NCBI GenBank assembly: GCA_964016885.1
Contig: OZ024741.1
Coordinates: forward strand, 238,576,001 to 238,640,000
Reading direction: 5' to 3'
Length of the DNA: 64,000 bases
From: Eledone cirrhosa
Taxonomy: Eukaryota
Positions 1-13,129 of this stretch are shown one piece after another. Every line of letters begins with the position of its first letter. The first letter of the stretch is position 1. The notes under the pieces are model-generated. The model made no database searches. It had not been told where the DNA came from and saw only the letters and a program-made list of their open reading frames with translations. Position numbers and translations under genes: made by a program.

Positions 1-510
1 GTTCAGAGATGTACAACCAAACAAATACCCTCCATCAGGCATTTACCATACTCTGAACACATTGCTTCCCTGGGCATGGATACATTAAAGCTCTGACGTC
101 TGGCAACTGACTTAGTAGACACCCACAAGATTATTAACCATCTTTTCAACAATAACCCTGAGCACCTTTTTGAATTCCATATGTCTAACACCCGTGGACA
201 TGCTTACAAAATCAGAAAACAGCACAGCTCCCATGACTTTTGGAAACATTTTTTCATGCTCACAGTTGCTGAAGCACAAAACAAACTACCTGCATCTTTC
301 AAAACTTCCATGCTCCCCGAAATTCACCAACACTACACCTGATATTCCCCCCTCCATACACATGCACCCATGTATGTGTGTGAATGTGCGTATATCATGA
401 CTCATACACTGTTCACTTTCCTGACATTTGTACATTCTTCTATGTACTATACATGCACCTTTAATGAGTTGTAGTGCACCTGAGCACTATACACAATAAT
501 ATTCATTATT
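1..510 (+). mobile_element. CR1/L2-type LINE 3' fragment
   Basis: Matches the ORF2 C-terminus and 3'UTR of the long copy at 32850-33375 (RKQHSSHDF motif; GAGTTGTAGTGCACCTGAGCACT end; (ATT)n tail). Confidence 0.9.
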
Positions 511-524
511 ATATTATTTTTGTT

Positions 525-722
525 GGCGGTGCATTGGCAGTATCGGTAGAGGGTCAGGCGCCATGCTTTGAAGCATAGAGTTACCTCCCTTTATGATCTG
601 AGTTCAAATCCCGCCGAGGTTAACTTTGCCTTTCATCCTTACGGGGGTCGATAAAATAAAAGTACCAGTAATGCACTGGGATAATTGCTGGCCTGGTGCC
701 AAAAGTAGAAACAATTATTATA
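525..722 (+). mobile_element. tRNA-derived SINE (family A) inserted in the LINE tail
   Basis: A-box-like TGGCAGTATCGG, B-box GTTCAAATCC, core GCCTTTCATCCTTACGGGGTCGATAAAATAAAGTACCAG; flanked by a direct repeat ATTATTATATTATTTTT. Confidence 0.85.
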
Positions 723-910
723 TTATTTTTACTTTAAGATTACCTTAAAGTATTTAAATATATTTTGTGTTATTAGCATGGAAAACAGGACATTAATTGA
801 TGTCGATCTATTTTATATATGGAAATATATTTCAGATGTATCATCTATTGTCAAAGGGGTTTGAAGAAAACTTTGGAGAATGTTGAAAAGAGCATTTCTG
901 TACCTCCATG

Positions 911-947
<37 letters not shown>

Positions 948-2718
948 GATGAAAATGTGTAATCCAGACTTGCATCCCAACTACAATCTGTCTATGAGGG
1001 CAGTAAATGTGAATAAGACCTGTTATGAACTGTAACAATAAGTTTGCCCTCTGCCAGAATGTAAAATGCTGCTGCTGATAATAGTTTTATATATCCTTTG
1101 TTGATATATATCAGTGAAAGATGTAAACATCAACAAAAATAAAGGAAAAAAAAACAATAGCGTTTTGAATGAAGTCCCTGTGATATTTGTCTACATCCAG
1201 TTACTTATACTCCCTTGTCACCCTCACTCTTAGCAGTACAGTGAATCACTGACTGACCTGTTTAAAACATATAACCAACAACAATATTGTTCACCCTTTA
1301 CAATATGATATAAACAAAGATATATATAGTGATAAATCAGTCAACTCTATTTCATCCTTGTATTAACTTTGCTTCATACCTATGAAATAAATGTTTAATT
1401 TGAAAATTCTTCATAGGATATTTTTATAAGTTATCACTATATGATAAAATGAGAAGAAAAATAATGACTAACTATTGAAAGTGATTGTTTTCACTGAATT
1501 GACAGTCAGAAAATAAAGTAATTGTATCTTATTATATCAAAGAAAACAAAGAAATGTTTAGTACTCGTAATTTTCTGTTATGACACACATATTTATCAAT
1601 AGAAGTGTAATACTAATGAAGGGTATCTTAATAAATCAAAATGATATATGTGCGTGGGTGTATCTTTAGATCTTGATATAAACAAGTTTAGAAAATGCTT
1701 TGTGATATTTTCATTATCAAAACATGAACAGATAAGTAATATTGAATCATGAAATTTGGAAGTGATAGCATTAATATTTTTGTTAAGAAAATTAGTGAAA
1801 TAAATGAAAGAATTGCAACACCCAATGATTGTTTATTGAAAAACTCTTGTATATTCGTAAGCTTTCAGTCATTTATAAGCGTTTTAAATATAAATGATTT
1901 ATATTTATTTATTAAATATTTCATATTTCTGGAGGTTAATGAAATAATTCTAATGATATATTTAATTGAACTCTATAAGTCTTCCAACTATACATTGATA
2001 TATAGTTATGTATTTAATATTCTAAATGTTATGAGGTTATTAAATGTATATGTCATCAATAAATTTCATTAGTTAAGCCTCCTAATACCAATATTTTATG
2101 CGTTATATAATATTTTAAGTGTTATATATGAAAATAAACATCTCTTTTAAAATTAATGTTTTATGTAATGACAGTACTGAAAAAACTCTTTGTCGAAGTA
2201 ACTATACTACAGTAGCAGTAAATGTTCTTCATAATGGAGGAATTAATGAATAGATTTTTCTATATCTCTTCATGTCCCAGACTCTGTATATCTAACATGA
2301 ATGTTATTATCCATTCCTCATGCTACAATACTTAAATATATATCACCTAAATATTAATTGTGAAACGACTTACCTACATTACTTAATCCTTTGTCTGTAT
2401 CTTTTACAGAAGACATTCATAATGGCGTAGTGATCAGTGTAACTGCTGCTGTAGTAGTGCCACAATTGATGGTATAGATTTGTGAGTCATAGTGGGGAGG
2501 TAGCTTCATTTTAAAAGAGTTATTTATGTATGTATATTGCATTTATTTCAATATTTTCCCCATTTTAAATAAACTTTATATAAGTAATATTATGATATAT
2601 ATTTTATACATATTTTGAACTATAGAATGATATAAATTATTTTTTTAATTATCTCTTATCTCTTATACATTTACATTTCAAATTTACGCATGGAAGCATA
2701 CTCTCAAGTATGTGCGCA

Positions 2719-2763
<45 letters not shown>

Positions 2764-3232
2764 TTGCAGAATCTTTATAGTTTTATCAATGTCATAGATT
2801 TAAAAGTAAGATTAAAAACAATATTTTGATACTTAAAATATATAGAATGGAGGAATAATTTATAATGAATTACTTTGAAATAAAACATTGTTCAATAATT
2901 TATAGTGAATATTTGTTCCATTCTTTGCTTAGGTCATGTCAGGTTTGAAACTAAGAATTATAAGATAAGTAACTCTAATATATTGGTCATAATACTGAGC
3001 CCCAATCACTCCATCCTAAAATGTCATCAAGTAGGAATTTAACTATTTAATTTGTTCTATATATGTAGCAGAGTTTTAATACAAATAATTATAAATATAT
3101 ATATTTTAAATATAATTTTGATTAATTAGTCAATATTATTATAATTCATTATATATGATGTTGATCAGTAATTATATTTACCTTCATAACATGATCTGTA
3201 ATGTTTTAATTATGTTAAAATATTAAAGCTAA

Positions 3233-3686
3233 TCATCATCATCATCATCATCATCACCGTTTCACGCCCATTCTTCCACGTCAGCATGGGTTAGGTGGGT
3301 TGTCCTGCTATGGGCAGTGTCCGGTCGGCTGACCTTATCTTGTTCATACGGGAACTGATTCTGGCTTGATTTCTACAGCTGGATGCCCTTCCTAACACCA
3401 ACCTCATTTACAGTGAGTGCTGGGTGCTTTTTTTTTTTCCGTGGCGCCTACACGTCCACTTTATAGTGTGGGCTGGGTGCTTTTTTTGGGTGGCACGTCC
3501 ACGACCAGTTTGCAGTGGAATGATGGGGACCCCAGTCCTATCATCTCATTTCTACAGCTGAGTAAACTGGAGCAATGTGAAATAAAATGTCTTGCTCAAG
3601 GAAACAACACATCACCCGGTCCTAGAATTGAACTCACAACCTTTCGATTGCAAGCCCAATGTTCTAACCACTAAGCCATGCGCCTA
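3233..3686 (-). mobile_element. tRNA-head SINE with RTE-like 3' tail (family B)
   Basis: Minus strand starts GGCGCATGGCTTAGTGGTTAG...GAGTTCAATTC, has internal ~50-bp subrepeats and ends in (ATG)n. Near-identical copies at 16190-16525 and 18951-19246. Confidence 0.85.
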
Positions 3687-4539
3687 AATGTCAATGTAAA
3701 ATAATATTTTCTATGATTTAGAAAATGTGTTAATTTTCTTATAAATTGGTTCTAAATATGTATCATATTGGGGATATGTTAGGTTTGTAGTTACTGTATT
3801 CTGAAATATAGAGAAATATATTTTAAATAGAATTTTTAAAGGATATTATTGAATGGTTGTAAATTAAATTTGTATTGATATGTATTCAAATTTAAGTTAT
3901 ATCTAATTGCTTGTACCATACCAAATTCTCATGGTTGTTGTTTTGATAATTTTCTGTCAGAAACAATATAATTTAAAAAAAAATCATAATATTACAGTTC
4001 TTTTATAATTGTGTTGTATTGAACCTGTCCTGGTGGTGAGTGTTCCAATTCAATAGCATAGATTTCTTGTGAAATTGATGAGTATGCAGCTTTGCATCCT
4101 GAATACATATGTACCTTCAATGAGGTTCAGTGGCACTTTGAATCACAAATACCACTAATTTTTTCCAACCAAGGATACTAAAGCAATGTGAAATAAAGTG
4201 ACTTGTTCAAGGACACAATACATCGTGTGTGTCAAACACACAACCACTAAGCCACATATTCTCACAAAATAAATTATCTCAATTATTCTTATGTGGTAAA
4301 AATATAATATACACAATTTTATAATACCACAGATTTAGAAGAGTTACAGCAAAAGTGTTCTTGTAACCTGGGAATATATAAGCCCTAATTTCAAAGCATA
4401 TTCTAATCTCAGGAAAACGATCCCAAATATCTATACTCTTGTCTGAATGATTTGAGAATTAGGTTTTCATATAAACATGAAATAATAAAGAATTTATAAG
4501 AAATTTATATCTCTAATTTATTTATATTTGATAACTTAC

Positions 4540-4693
4540 CTGATATTGTTGATGTCTGATGTGAGATATCTCCTTCACTCCATCCATGATTACGATCTCT
4601 TTGAGATGGTAATGTACCATTTAGATTGTTTGAAGTCACAATACTGCTGTTGTCACCTTCTGCACAAGATCCATCTTGCTGCTTATTATAGAT
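4540..4693 (-). pseudogene. Protocadherin cytoplasmic exon (second coding exon of the 6777-9328 copy)
   Basis: CAG acceptor 4694-4696 and GTAAGT donor 4534-4539; 154 nt, phase 0/1; open reading IYNKQQDGSCAEGDNSSIVTSNNLNGTLPSQRDRNHGWSEGDISHQTSTIS, in frame with the donor at 6776; homologous to 59865-60021. Confidence 0.75.
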
Positions 4694-5147
4694 CTGTCAT
4701 TGAAATAATAAGATTTAGATGCATAATTGAGATGTTTAAGTGTACACTTCTGTACAATATGCATATTACCAGAAAAAGCATTGAGAATATTCTTAAATCT
4801 AGCTAGAGATGTCAACAGATTCTTAATTCATTGTAATAGAAATACTTGCAAATTACAATTGTTGATATGGGCCTGAAAATATAGATAGGTTCTTTTAACT
4901 CTCAGGTAATGAAAATAAGTGTCCTAACATCACATCATCATACTCATCATCATAGTTTCACATCCATTTTCCACGCTAGCAGGGGTTAGATCAGAGGTTC
5001 TCAAACTTTTGGGGCCACAGCCCACCTCACGGTCATGCAATAACCTCAGCACTCTCACACCTATTGCCAGACAGACCTGCCTATACACAAATTGTAAATA
5101 ATATATAATAAATAAAGTTGTTAATTGATATGTAAGAAATAATATAT

Positions 5148-5782
5148 GTCAGCCCCTCTCCAACTATCTATTTAAAGCTGTATATAGCTATGGTGTGGCC
5201 ACACTTAGAATTTGCATCACCAGTCTGGAACCCCTATCTTGCTCAGAATATTGACCACCTGGAAATGTTCAGAGATGTGCAACCAAGCGAATACCCTCCA
5301 TCAGGCATCTACCATACTCTGAGCGCCTTGCTTCCCTGGGCATGGATACATTGAAGCTCCGACGTCTGGCAACTGACTTGGTAAACACCCACAAAATTAT
5401 TAACCATCTTGCCAACGACAACGCTGAGTACCTTTTTGATTTCCATGTGTTTAACATACGTGGGCATGCCCACAAAGTCAGAAAACAGCACAGCTCCCAT
5501 GACTTTTGGATACATTTTTTCATGCTCAGAGTCGCTGAAGCATGGAACAATCTACCTGCATCAGTTGTTAGCTGTCAGGACACTGCATCCTTTAAAACTT
5601 CCATGCTTTCTGAGAATTGCCAACACTACACCTAATATTCTATACACACGCACACATGTATATCATGACTCATACATTATTCACTTCCCTGACATTTGTA
5701 TATTATTCTATGTACTATACATGCACCTTTGACGAGTTGTAGTGCACCGGAGCACTGTACACAATAATTTCATAAATTATTA
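5148..5782 (+). mobile_element. CR1/L2-type LINE 3' fragment (nested in hAT element)
   Basis: ORF 5342-5635 is highly similar to 32922-33215; same 3'UTR. Confidence 0.9.
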
Positions 5783-5834
5783 TAATGTGTATAAATAAAT
5801 ATTATATATTTTTTATTTTACAATATTTATATAT

Positions 5835-6312
5835 ACTAGCAGAAAAACCACCCTTCGGGTGGTTTTTTGCTAGCATGTGTAGTGTGTATATTGATATTAT
5901 ATGCAAGTATATATACATGTAGATATGATACGTCAAATAAAATCGTAATTGACAATATACACAGAAATTGAAGAGAGAGACTGTGTTACACTGTCTTATG
6001 TAATCACTAACGTAATCCATGATACATTAAAAAAAAGACGATATTATATATAAACTGCATTAGAAGAAAATTAGTGACAAAAAATTAATATGTTTATTTA
6101 AGCGATCGCCACTGGAAGTGTTGACATTTAAAAAAGTGAATCTTTAAATAAATAATAAAATATATTTAATGAACAGCCACGAAATTTAGTAGATAAATTA
6201 TGTAATATTCATTCATTATTTATTCAAAGTAATACAACTTATTTTACTAATGGGATAAAAAATTATAAACCATACGCAGTCCCGTGCTTCTTACTTTATT
6301 ATAGTTTAGATG
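5835..6312 (+). mobile_element. Helitron/Helentron-like non-autonomous element
   Basis: Starts ACTAGC with hairpin GCAGAAAAACCACCC-TTC-GGGTGGTTTTTTGC and ends TTTATTATAGTTTAGAT. A second, split copy lies at 34020-34138 and 36060-36364. Superfamily assignment is inference. Confidence 0.55.
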
Positions 6313-6776
6313 TATCATTTGATTAGGCCCCAGTGCCCTCTGAACCTTCTCAATGGTAGTGCCCACATTGAGAAACTCTGGGTTAGATGGTGACAATGAA
6401 ATTATATACGATTCTCAATCAGTTATTATCAAAATACTTTTCAAAGAAATTGAGATACATGAAATTTGAGAGAAAGATGAGAATATGTATACATGATATA
6501 TCATCAATGTAGGCAAATTGCTCTTATATTTTCAAGTAACCATTCTGCGTTTATACTGCTATCTCCTTGAAATGAATCTGACATTATTGAATTCTTAGCA
6601 GAAAAATGATATCTAAAAAATTAGAATTTTGGGATTCATTATACTCTACAAAGACAAAGATCTTTCTTATTATTTAGTAGTATAACAATGTTTTGTGAGG
6701 AAAGGAGTTACCTTAATGAACATATAATATACGTAACATATGAAATATATCTTAGAAGGAATTTTTGTAGCAATAC

Positions 6777-9328
6777 CTGTGGAACTGGTGGTAATCTTCT
6801 AGGTGTGGTTGAGAATTTCCAGTCATTGGTTAACTGTTCCATCTCTGGATAATATGGACTTTTAGGGTTTATTGACTGAAGATTTCTAGCAAATATATCG
6901 TCTGCATTTCTGGTTATTGCAACAGGATTGTTGGTGTGATACAGTATTTGTCTCATCTCAGTCGGAGATAGGAATTTTGGATTATCTATTGTTGTAGGTG
7001 AGTTATTGGTGTGATTAATACATCTGAAAACACACAGTGTTATTGACACTACAATAGCCACAGATATTATTACAGCTGCTGCTACAATGATAATTACCCA
7101 AGTCATATTGAGGTCATTACCAGACTGTAAGTGGACAGCATTCAACATTAGAGATGTATCATTACTAACAAACAGTGTTAGTATGATAACAGTTGTTGCT
7201 GATTGAACTGGAGTACCACCATCTTTCACTATAAACTGTAGGTCATATGTTCCTGCATCATTTTGGTAAACTGCGCGAGAGAAAGATAAGACACCAGTAT
7301 GGGAGTTGACTGTAAACAGGTTTTTATCATTAGATCTCAGTATTCCATATGTGAGGAACGCATTTTTTCCGGTGTCTTTGTCAGAGGCTTTTAGAATTGT
7401 GATGTCTTTCTTACTGTGTGGATCATAGTGGACATCTAGATTGTAAGGGTCATTAATAGGAAAGGTTAAATAGGGAGCATTATCATTTTTATCTAGAATC
7501 TCAATAACAATATTGGCAGTGTCATTCAGAGAAGGTGTTCCATTATCTTTGACTAATATCTGGCAGTTATAGATGTCTTTCATTTCCCGATCTATTGATT
7601 GTAAGTTGGAAAGGAATAATCTTTCATTTCCCGATCTATTTTGTAAGTTGGAAAGGAATAATATCATTGTTGTTATCATTGATGATAGAATATATAAGTT
7701 AACCTCCATCTTCAAGATCAGGGTCTGTAGCATTGATGAAGCCAATAGGGAAGTCAACTTTCTGGTTTTCATAGGTGAGGAATTGGAATGTATCTTTGGT
7801 AAAATGTGGCTGTACATCATTGACATCAGTTACTTTGACAGAGAATTGTTTCTTAGTCTTTAACTGAGGTGATCCCATGTCATGACATACAATAGATACA
7901 ACATAGTGATCTATAGTTTCCCTATCAAGAGGTTCTTTCACCAATATTTTATATTCTTTAGAACCCATGTTAGAAAGTTGAAACATTTTTATGGTGAATA
8001 TTACATTTAATTTGTCCATTAGGTCCACTATCAGTGTCAATGACCATAACATACGCTATAAAACTTCCAACTTTACTTGCTTCTGAAATAGCTGTAGAGG
8101 TTTCTGTTAAAGGTGATACAAAATCTATATTTATAGTAGGAGCATTATTTTGGATGTTAATTACATTAATGATTAACATTGCCATAGAACTTAATGAGGG
8201 TCTCAACCCCCCCCCCCCCCCCCCCCCCCATCCTCCCATCCCTGGCTTCAATATATAATTGGTATTTACTTTCTTTATTTCTTAAAAAGTTATCATTGAA
8301 ATAAATTCTTTCAAATTTTCTGATTTAATTTAAATTGTTTTCTTCCATATTTATTTGTATTTAATAAGTAATATTTAAATAGTAAGTAATATTTCCATTT
8401 TGACCAGAATCTTTGTCTGTAGCTGATACAACAAACACAGGAGAAGATATATGATGTGTATCACTGATGGTGATATTGTATGTTTGTTGAGAAAACATTG
8501 GTTGATTATCATTGACATCTATAACACATATTTCTGTTTAAAATTCCTTGTTTTGATGGTGAACCTCCATCTTTAGCAATCAATTGTAACATGTAGGTGT
8601 CTTTTACTTCCCTGTCTAATTTTTCTTCAAGTATTATTTCTAATAGATTTCTTCCATCAAATCCTTTAAACATTGATAGTGAGAATTTTTTACTTTTATC
8701 TTTGAGTTTATATGTAATGTTAGAATTGAGAACACCAACGTCTTTATCAACAGCATTTGGTATTGATTTTGTTGATCCTTTAGTATCTCTTTCACCAAAC
8801 TGTAATTTTATTTTATCTTTTGAAAAATCTGGGGCATGGTCATTAATGTCTTCTATAAATATTTTTATCTTCAATCATCATCATCATTTTACGTCCGCTT
8901 TTCCCTGCTTGCAAGGGTGGGACAGGTCCTATTCAGCACAGCATCTCTCCACTTGTCACAGTCCTTCGTCATCTCCTCTTTACAAATGTTTCTGACTTTC
9001 TCACAGATACTCTAACAATTCTGGAACATTCCTTGTTATATGTACACAGTAACTCAGCATCCAGTGTCTGTGTAGTGTATAGTTTTCCTGTGTTGGTGAC
9101 ATTGAATAAGTGAGAACCACTTGACACTGTCCTTTGTAGTTGTGTAAATGTAATGAGAGTCTGTTGTTGATGTGTAAGTGAGTGTGTTAAGTTAGAATCA
9201 ACAGCAATGTCTCCTATATAAGTGTGAGGACTGTCTTCTTCATTGACATGGTAAGTAATGTGTACAGACCCAATGACAGACTGTTGAAAATATAGTAAAC
9301 ACACCAGATGAATGATATTTCCACTCAT
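6777..9328 (-). pseudogene. Protocadherin (6 cadherin repeats + TM + cytoplasmic start), disrupted
   Basis: Signal peptide from ATG 9328; linkers DINDHAP, DVNDNQP, NIQNNAP, DVNDVQP, DKNDNAP; LDRE/IDRE, AxDxD and DGG motifs; TM WVIIIVAAAVIISVAIVVSITLCVF; donor CAG|GTATTG at 6777/6776; acceptor TTCTTTCCAG at 9436. Split across several ORFs by frameshifts and an insertion. Confidence 0.92.
8875..8977 (-). mobile_element. 5'-truncated RTE LINE 3' tip inserted in protocadherin EC1
   Basis: Minus strand reads EMTKDCDKWRDAVLNRTCPTLASREKRT* then (ATG)n; the same tail is seen at 16195-16235 and 18955-19000. Confidence 0.85.
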
Positions 9329-9534
9329 GTCTGTAATTCTTTGTTACTCATTACTCAGGATGTAGAAAAGAGAAATTTTTAAAACACTATTTCTAATCAT
9401 TGTTGTAGTTTAACAGTTCACATGTAGTTGAATCTCTGGAAAGAAAAGGCAAATTTAATTTTTGTTATTAGATGAATATTTAGAAATATTATATAGGGAA
9501 AGAATTTTTCACATGGATAGTAATTCCATTTATT

Positions 9535-9855
9535 ACAAGTTGATACGCTGCAGTTTTTATTTTCCTTATGCTTTTAACTAGATTTAATCATTGGCCTGGG
9601 CCATTCTAGGGCACTACTTTGAAGGGTTTCATTGATTATATCGATCTCAGTACTTATATCTAAGTTAAGTACTTATTTTATCACTCTTTATTTGTCAAAC
9701 TGCTAATTTACTGGACAGAAACATCAGATGTTAAACTGTGTCAACACCAATACAGACAGTAGACTATCACACACACACAATGCTGCACAGTGTGACTGAA
9801 CCTGAAACGATGTTGTTGTAAAGCAAACCCCTTAACCCCACAGACATGCCTATGT
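9535..9855 (-). mobile_element. Old SINE-like repeat (related copy at 39730-39895 on +)
   Basis: Shares GATAAAATAAGTAC core and flanks with 39749-39893 in the opposite orientation. Confidence 0.5.
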
Positions 9856-10917
9856 CTGTGGGGTTTGTGTTTGTGATATTTTTATTAACATTCTCTGCTA
9901 CCCAATATATCATCAAATTTGGTAAATATATTTGTAAAATTATGAAAAAATTGTATTAATCTCAGATATTCAACTGCATTCTTAATGCGTCCACATTAAA
10001 TTTACTTATTCTCACTTGTCAACTGAATACGTCTCTCTCCCCCTCTCTCTCTTGTCTAAGTTATTTCGATTGTTGAATATATCTTAGTGTAAAGATTGAA
10101 GTAATTGAGTTATCCCCCTTAGAACTATTATGCAAGAATATGTGTGTGTGCTTGTAGAATAAAATAACAAATATAATTTTATATTTTTCTTTATTTTCAA
10201 AATTAGTTGTGGAAAATGTTTAATGGGATAGTGACTTTTGATTAACCTCTAATGATGTGTATTAATTTAAATGTGGTGCAACGAATGTGGTGTATAGGGA
10301 GACGTGAAAGAGCACAGGACAAACACATTTTGTGATCTTTAGTTGTACTCTATATTAATATTTCTGTGTGGGAATTGAGCACTGGATGATCACAATATTA
10401 TGTATCACATATAAAAGAGGATATTATAATTGTATGGACCCATAACTCCTAGTGGAGTCATAGGGCCGCTGTAGTGACATACAGTATGTCTTGGACATTT
10501 TTTAAAACCTGGCAGAACTCATTCTTAATTTAAATAATCTTGTACAAAAGGTCAACAATATTAATTTTCTCCCCTATAAGATCATCAAAATTTGATGTAA
10601 ATTTAATATAGCATTTATTTCTTTGGACTGGGAATATGGCTTTTAAAGAAAGTATATTTGATTAACCTAACTATCAGTATATTAAGATAGCAGTAGGATC
10701 TGAGAAAACTAGCGATTGATCTGTTTTTGTGGTCCATGAATATAATAAAGTGATATATTTATGAATATATTAAAGTTATATATTTAATGTAGGGAACCAA
10801 AAAGTTGAAATCTACTCTTAAAAATTTTAAATTGAGAAATGTGCAATATTGAACTAATTCCAATAAAGTATTTAGTCTGTCTCTGTCTTCTTGGCAATTT
10901 TCACTGCTTAGATACCA

Positions 10918-11065
10918 AGGCAGCGAATTGGCAGAGTTGTTAGAATGTCAGATAGACTGCTTTATGGTATCAGTTCCAGCTCTCTATTCCTTGCGTTCAA
11001 ATCTTGGCAAATTCAACTTTGCCTTTCATCCTTTCGAGGTTGATAAAAAAGTACCAGACTAGTAC
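10918..11065 (+). mobile_element. SINE family A, diverged partial copy
   Basis: GGCAGCGAATTGGCAGAG head, GTTCAAATC, CTTTGCCTTTCATCCTTTCGAGGTTGATAAA core. Confidence 0.75.
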
Positions 11066-11341
11066 TTCTTCCTCTATATCTTTCTCACTCCCTTTCATTC
11101 ACTCTCTATCCTTCTCTGAAAGAAATCTGTTGTGTTCAGAGCTAGAGAGAAGATGGGATTCCCGGGTTTAGAAATGCCTAAGAAATGCTGTATATCAATA
11201 TCGGGCCCCTACAACAACTCCATCAGGAATTATGGGTACATACATATTTAGATACCATTCCAAAACGTTTGCTAAGATTAATGTATATGTAATATAATCC
11301 CTCTCCACAAAAGAATTCTAGATTAACACATATATACCTCG

Positions 11342-11402
<61 letters not shown>

Positions 11403-11956
11403 TATATGAGGGAGAGGGAAACTAAGTTTGTTTATATATTGATAAAATATAAAACATCTTGATTCAGTGAGATGGATGAATGGATGAAACCAACAACATC
11501 TGCCTCAGTTAATAACAGCAAAGATACAGAAACTAACGCCTGCTGTAGTAAGAGTCAAAACTAATGAAATTTATTTCAGAGAATAACTGAAATTATAATA
11601 ACATGAACACTAACGATTAAAAAAATATATCATTGGTGAAAATAATGGATTAACATGATTGCAAATATAACTACTATATTGTAAAAGAACAAATTTTTAT
11701 GTGCCTTATATTATTTCTTAACATAAAACAACATCAAGGAAAAAGGACATTAAATGATGATGGTGTTACTGAAAATATAATAATAATATCTTAATTAGGT
11801 CTGAAAATTTGATGTTATAAAGAGAATCTTTAGAAATTTGTTGTCATTGTATATTTTACAAAGCTGCCAGTGAACTAAGTAAAACATCCGTACTAGGAAT
11901 TAACACCAAGTGACAAATTTAACTTGCTTGAGAATATTTTTGTCTTTTGTCTAGCT

Positions 11957-12110
11957 CAGTGGTTCTCAACCTTTTTTTACTCATGGACCCCTTTTCCCTT
12001 ATTTTTTGGGGGGTGGACCCCTCATAGCTATTCGACAAAAGAAAAGCTTATTCTATTTTTTGCCTGTGGACTCCCAGGAATATTACATGGGCCCCTGGTT
12101 CAGAATAGTT
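11957..12110. mobile_element. hAT-like MITE
   Basis: Left TIR CAGTGGTTCTCAACC; degenerate right end GGTTCAGAATAGTT. Confidence 0.55.
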
Positions 12111-12293
12111 ATTAATGGCTGCCAAAAAAAGTTAAACTTAAACTTTTTTGGCAGCCATTAATAACTATTCAGACATCAATGTATATGTGTGTGTGTGTGT
12201 GTTGTGTTGTCTTTTAATGTTTATTTATATACTCATATGAAAATAAAATATTTGTATCAAACATGAATATGAATAAAGAATAGTATAACTTAC

Positions 12294-12379
12294 AAATATT
12301 TTTCTTGAAACAAAAAATATTCAGTAGCCATGTTTTTCCAGTTTCCACATCACTGTCTGTGCTTTTATGAGATTTGTTG
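12294..12379 (-). other. Candidate 5'UTR exon of the protocadherin
   Basis: CATTTTCAG acceptor (CAG at 12380-12382) and GTAAGT donor (12288-12293) in unique sequence upstream of the acceptor at 9436. Splice signals only. Confidence 0.35.
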
Positions 12380-12659
12380 CTGAAAATGGTTCTCTAATAT
12401 AATAATCATATTGTTATCATTTCTGTATATTTGTTAATAGTAATCTCCAATAAGAAATTTTATATTCTTTAAATATTAACCTATAAAAGAAGAATGTATT
12501 ATTTATCATTATGTCTTTAAAAAATTAAGAAATCTTATTATGTATCAGATATATTATAGCAGTATATTAGATATACCAAAGCTTTGACCATTCCCCTGAT
12601 AACAACTTTCAGAACTCCTTGACACAAGTGCATGCCCATATATGGAATTACCCGTTGAT

Positions 12660-12840
12660 AAGTTCAGCCAGACTTCTGCTGTGCTAACAATACTGCATTA
12701 GTACAGAAATAGCTGTTGAAACGGCCGGAGCTCAGCCATCGAGGTCCTGACTCTTTCCCTATTACCCACTCTACTTCCCATAGTATCGAGTACTCTGGTG
12801 CGTTATGGTCCACCTGGTTTCTTACCACACTTCCTTCATT
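12660..12840 (+). mobile_element. Penelope-like terminal repeat remnant with decayed hammerhead motif
   Basis: CTGC, stem TGTGCTAA/TTAGTACA, GAAA-TAGCTG-TT; 12718-12838 aligns to the reverse complement of 56043-56160. Confidence 0.55.
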
Positions 12841-13129
12841 ATATATACATAATTGCAAATGAAACAAATATTATTATTAATATTTGAAAAACTCAGATTA
12901 TATATATATATATTGATTGTTGATTATTTAATTAATTAATTCGTCATTGAGCCACATCGTGAATGATTGCCAAAAACATATATATATATATATCTATCTA
13001 TGACTTTGTCTAGTTTGTGCATGCATGCACCCTCGCCCAACCCTCCATCTGATACACCTCTCTTGTCCAAAACCATACATACAAGCATGGAAAACTAGAT
13101 ATGTTCTCACACATGGCTGCTGAAAGTTC

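Larger units (their letters stand above)
4992..6380. mobile_element. hAT-type non-autonomous element carrying nested insertions
   Basis: TIRs CAGAGGTTCTCAA / TTGAGAAACTCTG with an exact 8-bp TSD GGTTAGAT (4984-4991, 6381-6388). Confidence 0.85.

Noticed and set aside
525-620. tRNA genes (A/B boxes here and at 3620-3686 and 59053-59185)
   Set aside because: No cloverleaf; they continue into SINE bodies and tails.
2374-2510. Possible further Pcdh exons (donor GTAAGT at 2368-2373; acceptors near 1258 and 1030)
   Set aside because: In-frame stops, no clear acceptor for the 2.4-kb segment and no recognisable motif; cannot be supported without transcripts.
6708-6776. C-terminal extension VLLQKFLL... 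of the 372-aa ORF
   Set aside because: Follows a good CAG|GTATTG donor and is best read as intron; the ORF's N-terminus (7660-7826) is also out of frame with the cadherin.
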